A DNA stretch of 58,029 bases from the NCBI GenBank assembly GCA_001687465.1, contig LVLI01000437.1, positions 1 through 58,029 on the forward strand, in the 5' to 3' direction. The position numbers were made by a program, and so were the translations under genes. The notes under the pieces were generated by a model that was given only the letters and a program-made list of their open reading frames with translations, had not been told where the DNA came from and ran no database searches. Of the stretch, positions 52,363 through 58,029 are shown one piece after another (within the stretch, counting starts at the first letter, position 1; each line of letters starts with the position of its first letter). The DNA comes from Halocafeteria seosinensis. Taxonomy: Eukaryota.

Positions 52363-52763
52363 TAGGGATACTATTACTGGAGAAGGTAGAGGAAACAAAC
52401 GAAGTTTTTTTTCTTTTTTTTTTTCTTTTTTGTTTTCTCTCTGCAAGAACAGCGATTTTAAAATGTGTCAATCCTGGCAAGCGTCCGGTTTTCTTGAACA
52501 CTGCAGGTCTCTTGGTGTAGTAGAAAACTCAGACTTCTGTATCGGGCTGCTGGATGACCTGCTTTTTTGGTTTTTTGGTACCGCCACGACACTTTTTCGC
52601 TTTTTGTTGATTTCCCCCTTTTATTCAGTGTCAGTATAGAGTATCCGTATGGCGCTCTCGTGCAACAACAGAACTATCAATTCAGCTACAAACGTACAAA
52701 CAAGAACCGGTCAACTGCCCCAGGGGGACCTACAAAAAGAAATCGGACAAAGTATCCCGATGC

Positions 52764-53334
52764 TCAGTACCGGTATTCCGCACACACACACACAAATCCC
52801 GGGATGCGCTGTGAGTATCCCGGCGCCCTATCCGCAAATTCAACACCCTGCTTCTGAGAGCTCCCTCTGCTTGCAATTTGATAGATATAGCACTTGGGAC
52901 AGGTTTGAATCTTTCGTGTATCATCTTCTGAATGTTGCAGAATTTGCAAAAGTGCTTTTTCGCGGGACTCCCGTCGGAGAAGCCGTTGATGGTGCTCGAC
53001 TAAGTGCTGGTGGTCGATCAATGATGTCTGAATATCGACAAGGCCCCGTACTCTTGGATTCGTGCAATAGGATAAAACATGCCGCCAGACCTCTATTCGC
53101 TGCTGAACATACATCAAAGGTTGGCTGCAACAGGGACATTGTGGACATGCACTAGACCGGTACTTGCCTAACTGGGCGCTCAAGGATAGTCTACAACTTT
53201 CCACACCTCGTCCATTGCGACGTTTAAAGCCATCGTGATCAAAAAGCGGACTTACCAAAGGCGTTCAAACTTTCCAAGCGTACAGTATTGCAGTATCCTC
53301 AGCCGCTATCAACTCCACTGTTTTGAGATTGCAT
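52764..53334 (-). CDS. Putative spliced Cys-rich, zinc-finger-like coding segment (possibly pseudogene or upstream part of the DUF3990-like gene)
   Basis: An 88-nt GTAAGT...TTAG intron (53255-53168) joins in phase to a frame encoding CPQCPCC-x15-H-x4-C and CPKC. The upstream exon has an in-frame TGA at 53301-53299. Confidence 0.35.
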
Positions 53335-53723
53335 TTTCTGACCGACGTTCAAAAACAGGTTGCGACCTGGTGTGGCTCCGGTGTGGGCCCCCATGGGGCC
53401 CATGCCCACACCACCCGGCTACCCCCGCACGGTGCCGCACCAGACACCACCCGCCACACCAGTCGGTCTCTGCTACAACCTGTGCAGTGTGATCCGGGCG
53501 GAGAGCCCGGTCCGATTTGCCAGGCCTCAGTTTTGTTTCTGGTTCAATAGACTCTATTGGCGTTGATGTGTAGCAGTTCGATCGTGGTGTGTAAAACCAA
53601 GACAGTGTGTTATTTTGTTTTTTTCTGCTGTTGCCTAACCTTATTATATTATACCTTGCATAACAGGAACCTTTTTTTCTGTTTTCTTTGTTTCCTTTTT
53701 GTTTGGGCTTTATACACAAGAGA

Positions 53724-54263
53724 ATGGCGGATAATCAAGCATCCGCTTGCCAGGGAAACAATGGACCTGCTGATGAAACTGCTCCTGGCGGGCCCATGGA
53801 TGATCCTGGGAAAAATAGACCGGCTTCTATTTCTCCCAATGAGTCTGATACCAAACGCAGCGAAACACAAGGCGACAGCAAGCATCACCAAGGGGAACAG
53901 CAAAATGAACGCCAAAGCTCCCCCGACAAGGACGAAAAAGGGGATTCTCTGAAACACCGGCTACTCGAATGGTTGGACGATTACATCCAACGCAAGGAAT
54001 TGACGGTGTCTGATGCCTGGAAACAGCGCATCCAGAAAGAGATCGAGGAAAGCCAGGATTTTAGCGAACACCCTTTTGATAGCAAAGACGAGCTCAAGAA
54101 CGCGTGTGTCGTCAAGATGTCTCCCGACGACGCTACCGCCGTCGTAACCTATATTGGAGGGGCCATGTATGCGTGGTTGCAAAGGCAGGGAGCTGGTAAG
54201 TGGGAGCATCTTACAGTGGTTACCAATAATACGCACAAGAAGGGATGGAACAGGGTGTTCTGA
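53724..54263 (+). CDS. Hypothetical protein: disordered N-terminus plus small helical domain; may be the first exon of a longer gene
   Basis: Protein-like composition (MADNQAS...LKHRLLEWLDDYIQRKE...YIGGAMYAWLQ). A strong G|GTAAGT donor lies at 54196; no downstream exon was confidently identified. Confidence 0.55.
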   Translation: MADNQASACQGNNGPADETAPGGPMDDPGKNRPASISPNESDTKRSETQGDSKHHQGEQQNERQSSPDKDEKGDSLKHRLLEWLDDYIQRKELTVSDAWKQRIQKEIEESQDFSEHPFDSKDELKNACVVKMSPDDATAVVTYIGGAMYAWLQRQGAGKWEHLTVVTNNTHKKGWNRVF

Positions 54264-55545
54264 TGTAGCCAAATTACGCGGAAACAATGATATCCTTTGC
54301 AAGTAAAGGGATGGGCAGCTAAGGGGTTCGATCCCTACACACTTACCTTTTCTGTCGCGCCGGTGTGCCTTCTCCTGCTTCAAGACAGGGTGATGTCCTC
54401 ATGGTGTGCGTCGCACGAGCCAACCTGAAATCGCTGACCCAGAGAAAAGTAGCAAAGGCTGATATCACCGTAGCAAGTAAAGTGTGTTGAGGCAGATCTG
54501 AGTGAATCAGGCCTGCCAAATGCATATGCAAACGACGTCAGTTAACGCGCGTAGCTTTAAGACAATTACCCAATGCACATCGTTGTCAAACTTCGTTGCA
54601 CTAAAGCGCGAGTCGTCTCCGAAATCTGAGTGATTGTGAGGCAGGAGCTCATTTCCGAGTTAATCTCTCACCAGTCCGACTGAATTGGCCTCGCTCACCA
54701 CTACATACAAGGGCACAACATTGGGATGAGTTATAGATACGCAGGGCTAGCATTCCAGGAGAGTCGCCGCCGGCAACCAAGGGCAGCGTCTGTAAGAACT
54801 GAAGCCAAACATTACGTCTCACTGCTGCTACAGGTGTCGCCATTGTTACTGCTACTAAGTCGCCGACACCGCATCATAGTCCACCCATTCCGGGAAAGCT
54901 ATAAGCGGGCTAGACCTACTGTTGGTGCTACTCGAGGACGAGGCTACATCTGTTCATTTGACGTTTCTCCCGTGGCTTTTTAATTCGCAGAATTATTTGC
55001 ATCAGTCCGAAAATAACCCGTGGACACAGTGAGGGTTGGACGCTACAGTCTGCAACTACTGAGTCCAACAAAGCCGAGCTTCATGTGCCTTCCAGATAAG
55101 TTGAAAGGCTCAGTGCGGATGAGCTTGTATCATATGCATTAATTAAGAGTCAGAAGTGCTGTTGGGTACATACTTAATTTAGGTAAGATTGTTAAACTTT
55201 GAGTCCCGCTACTGCAAAAAATTTCACTCATTAACTATATTGGGCTACGCCTCCACATTTCTCTTGATTCATTCCTTAAAATGCTTTGCCAAACATCTTC
55301 AATTTTTTACCGTGCGCTTGGGTCTTTGAGCAGGCAGTACAAAGTACTACTTTGGTTTCCATCAATGATGCCAAGACTCCACTAATCCTTCGGAAGCTTG
55401 CTCGCCGGTTGAGGACGGAGTGATAGGGGGTCTACGACAACCTGGCAGACTCTGTGTTTCCTATTCCATCCAAGCATTAAAGCGCGTTTCAAGCATGAAG
55501 AACCGTCAGCCGAAGGAAGACTGCGCCGTCTGAGAACAACAACGT

Positions 55546-55764
55546 GGTGTGTATGGGAGGATAATAATTGTTAAGGAAATTCATAGGTAGCAGAAACTGC
55601 ACCAAGGAGCGAGAGCGGTTCAAAAACAAGCCGAAAGAGACATGCCCGAGAGAAGAACGCCTTCACTAGCCGAAAGTATTGTTCGATTGCTTAGCTAGGC
55701 TGCATGATTTGGCTGTCCGCACCGTACAGGCTCTGAGCTATTGCTAGATCCGCGATGCGTAACG
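55546..55764 (+). repeat. Left arm of long inverted repeat (219 bp visible)
   Basis: Reverse complement of 57811-58029 with one mismatch (55758 vs 57817), checked base by base. Confidence 0.97.
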
Positions 55765-55827
55765 GCTTCTCACTTGCGATATAAGTTTCCAATCGAGACA
55801 CTGACGTGGCCACCTTCTTATGGGAGA

Positions 55828-57669
55828 ATGAAACTCCTAGCGCATGGAAAGGGGTCTCTGGCTTACGGACTGCAAAGTACGAGTAGCCATATTTCGTCAC
55901 TCACGACGGTTATGTTGGTGACATTGTTTTTCGGTTGCATTCCTATGAACGAGGTAGTAGCAGCAACAGATTTACGACCTGCGATTCTAAATGGTGACGA
56001 ATCCTGCTTTCACTATAGTGCGGATGAAAACCAGTTTGAAATGAATTGTAGTGTGTTGGCTTGGGGTGATCATGGCTATACGAACCAAGACTACATCTCG
56101 TTGGATGCGCATGAGATATTTGATGGTGGTCGGCAAAATGGGAACTTTATAGATCTAAACGGAATAACAAATTTCGAAGGATTGTTTACTATACTGGGTA
56201 GTGTTGCATCATTTGATCAAGCTCCCTTGATTCGGAATGTTGATGTGAGGAATGGGAAAACTGCATGGCGAGGTGGATTTATTGTCCAATCACAGCAGAA
56301 ATTCTTTATCATAGATTCATGTCGTTCATCAGGAGATATTGCTGGTAGCCAAGGTGGTGGTATATGTGGTTGGCGAAGTGGTCATGATCATGGTCAAATC
56401 AAGATATCGAATTCGTATTCGACAGGGAGGATACTGGGTAATTGGGTAGGTGGTATTGCAGGAAATGAAGTAGGATTCAATCATGGGATTGTCAATATCA
56501 CGGATTGTTCTTCCACTGGGACTATTGAAGGACAAGAATCAGGTGGTATTTGTGGACATGCTGCTGGTATAAGCAATGGTCAAGTGTATATAACTCGTTC
56601 CTATTCCACAGGAGATATCATTCCTAGTGGTCAATATGGTGGTGGTATTGTGGGTGGTGATGCTGGTCGTAGCAATGGATTCGTGTATATCAAGGAATGT
56701 TATAGTATGGGACAAATATCTGCAGATCATAGTGGAGGAATGAGTGGAGGGGATACAGCAGAAAATGAGGGTGAAGTACATATCATAGATCGTTATACAC
56801 GAGGAGATATTAGTGGCACCCAAACAGGAGGTATTACAGGAGACCATACAGGAGGCTGCAGCTCAGTGTCTACAGGGGACGTATACATCACAAATACATA
56901 TGCATCAGGTGCAGTCACGGGTACGGATGTTGGGGGTATTATAGGACAAATAGAAAATGGTGCAAGTGGTACTATTCACGTGAAATATTCGGTATACAAT
57001 GGAAATGAAGGAGCAGCGTCGATCGTAGGAGTGGATGATGGAACTAAGCTCGTCGAGACAGACAATTCAGATAATTTGACCGATATACAGGGACAACTGT
57101 ATCAACTGGGAGGGTGGTCTGAGGACGTATGGGCTTTAGATAGAGGACAAAGTGACGACGACGAAGAAGAGAATCTGCTGCCAATTCTACGCTTTCAATT
57201 GGTACCACCGTCATCTCCTACTCCTTCACCGACGTCGACGCCATCAGCGACAACGACAAGGTCGGAGACTCCTTCAAGCAGCTTAACCTCCTCTGCGAGC
57301 GCCACCCCATCGTCATCGTCCTCGTCCTCGCACAGCCAAACGAGGACTCCAACTGGAACGGTAAGCTCCACCCCAACTTTGACACCAACCCACAGTTCCA
57401 CTCTCACGTCGACGGCCACCAGATCGGAGAGTCCGTCAAGGACTGCACTTGCTACACCTACTTGGACATCTACTAGCTCGGCTTCATTTTCTACCACTAG
57501 TTCTCCGACTATGACAGGAACGTCATCGTCGAGCTCAACTCCAACACGAAGCTCCATGCCGACAACTTCTGAAACAAATAGCGCTTCGGTTACTGGTAAA
57601 CCAAAGGAATATACTGACGGGGTCATTGTACTGCCTGCTCAACGACGCAAGCGCACCGTTAAAGGCTGA
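55828..57669 (+). CDS. Putative secreted GLUG-motif (GGIxG) beta-solenoid repeat protein with Ser/Thr/Pro-rich mucin-like C-terminal stalk
   Basis: ~8 repeats of GGI(C/A/V/T/I)G...I..(S/C)YS.G.I. Hydrophobic N-terminal segment (start at ATG 55828 or 55912). S/T/P-rich region ~57200-57600. The frame is open without introns. Confidence 0.85.
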   Translation: MKLLAHGKGSLAYGLQSTSSHISSLTTVMLVTLFFGCIPMNEVVAATDLRPAILNGDESCFHYSADENQFEMNCSVLAWGDHGYTNQDYISLDAHEIFDGGRQNGNFIDLNGITNFEGLFTILGSVASFDQAPLIRNVDVRNGKTAWRGGFIVQSQQKFFIIDSCRSSGDIAGSQGGGICGWRSGHDHGQIKISNSYSTGRILGNWVGGIAGNEVGFNHGIVNITDCSSTGTIEGQESGGICGHAAGISNGQVYITRSYSTGDIIPSGQYGGGIVGGDAGRSNGFVYIKECYSMGQISADHSGGMSGGDTAENEGEVHIIDRYTRGDISGTQTGGITGDHTGGCSSVSTGDVYITNTYASGAVTGTDVGGIIGQIENGASGTIHVKYSVYNGNEGAASIVGVDDGTKLVETDNSDNLTDIQGQLYQLGGWSEDVWALDRGQSDDDEEENLLPILRFQLVPPSSPTPSPTSTPSATTTRSETPSSSLTSSASATPSSSSSSSHSQTRTPTGTVSSTPTLTPTHSSTLTSTATRSESPSRTALATPTWTSTSSASFSTTSSPTMTGTSSSSSTPTRSSMPTTSETNSASVTGKPKEYTDGVIVLPAQRRKRTVKG

Positions 57670-57810
57670 AGATGTTTGGCAAAGCATTTCAAGGAATGAA
57701 TCAAGAGAAATGTGGAGGCGTAGCTAAATACAGTTAATGGGTGATATTTGTTGTCGTAATTTACTGAACATAGAGGACTCCAAGGTTCGTTTCACCGTTA
57801 CGAATCATAG

Positions 57811-58029
57811 CGTTACACATCGCGGATCTAGCAATAGCTCAGAGCCTGTACGGTGCGGACAGCCAAATCATGCAGCCTAGCTAAGCAATCGAACAATACT
57901 TTCGGCTAGTGAAGGCGTTCTTCTCTCGGGCATGTCTCTTTCGGCTTGTTTTTGAACCGCTCTCGCTCCTTGGTGCAGTTTCTGCTACCTATGAATTTCC
58001 TTAACAATTATTATCCTCCCATACACACC
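57811..58029 (-). repeat. Right arm of long inverted repeat, truncated by window end
   Basis: 218/219 identity to 55546-55764 in inverted orientation; the match runs to the last base of the window. Confidence 0.97.

Noticed and set aside
52405..52446. Lys-rich N-terminus of the 712-aa ORF, or a retroposon poly(A) tail
   Set aside because: It derives from a simple T-run and a non-ATG start, and no target-site duplication or retroelement body was seen.
54260..54345. tRNA-like segment (TAGCCAA A-box-like, GGTTCGATCCC B-box-like)
   Set aside because: The acceptor stem does not pair and arm spacing is wrong; at most a tRNA-derived relic. tRNAscan-SE would settle it.

Overview
Eukaryotic nuclear DNA, probably from a gene-dense protist: standard genetic code, about half GC, short 64-92 nt GT-AG introns. 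The lineage cannot be fixed from this window. Positions 203-38405 hold three paralogous giant (~3,885 aa) cell-surface proteins, arranged A on minus and B, C on plus. Each has a short signal-peptide exon, one intron at an identical position, Cys-rich TNFR/GCC2-GCC3-like repeats, ~9-10 cadherin-like repeats, ~14 IPT/TIG repeats, a Cys-rich juxtamembrane module, ~9 TM helices and a coiled-coil tail. Next come a 4-exon divergent FKBP-like gene, RPL31, a NOL9/Grc3 polynucleotide kinase and a large, mostly disordered protein. The final accessory region has a DUF3990-like (ADP-ribosyltransferase fold) gene with a Zn-finger-like ORF upstream, and a small orphan ORF. It ends with a GLUG-repeat/Ser-Thr-stalk gene enclosed by a near-perfect inverted repeat of at least 219 bp that runs to the window edge. 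All domain calls come from motif recognition by eye; no database searches were run.
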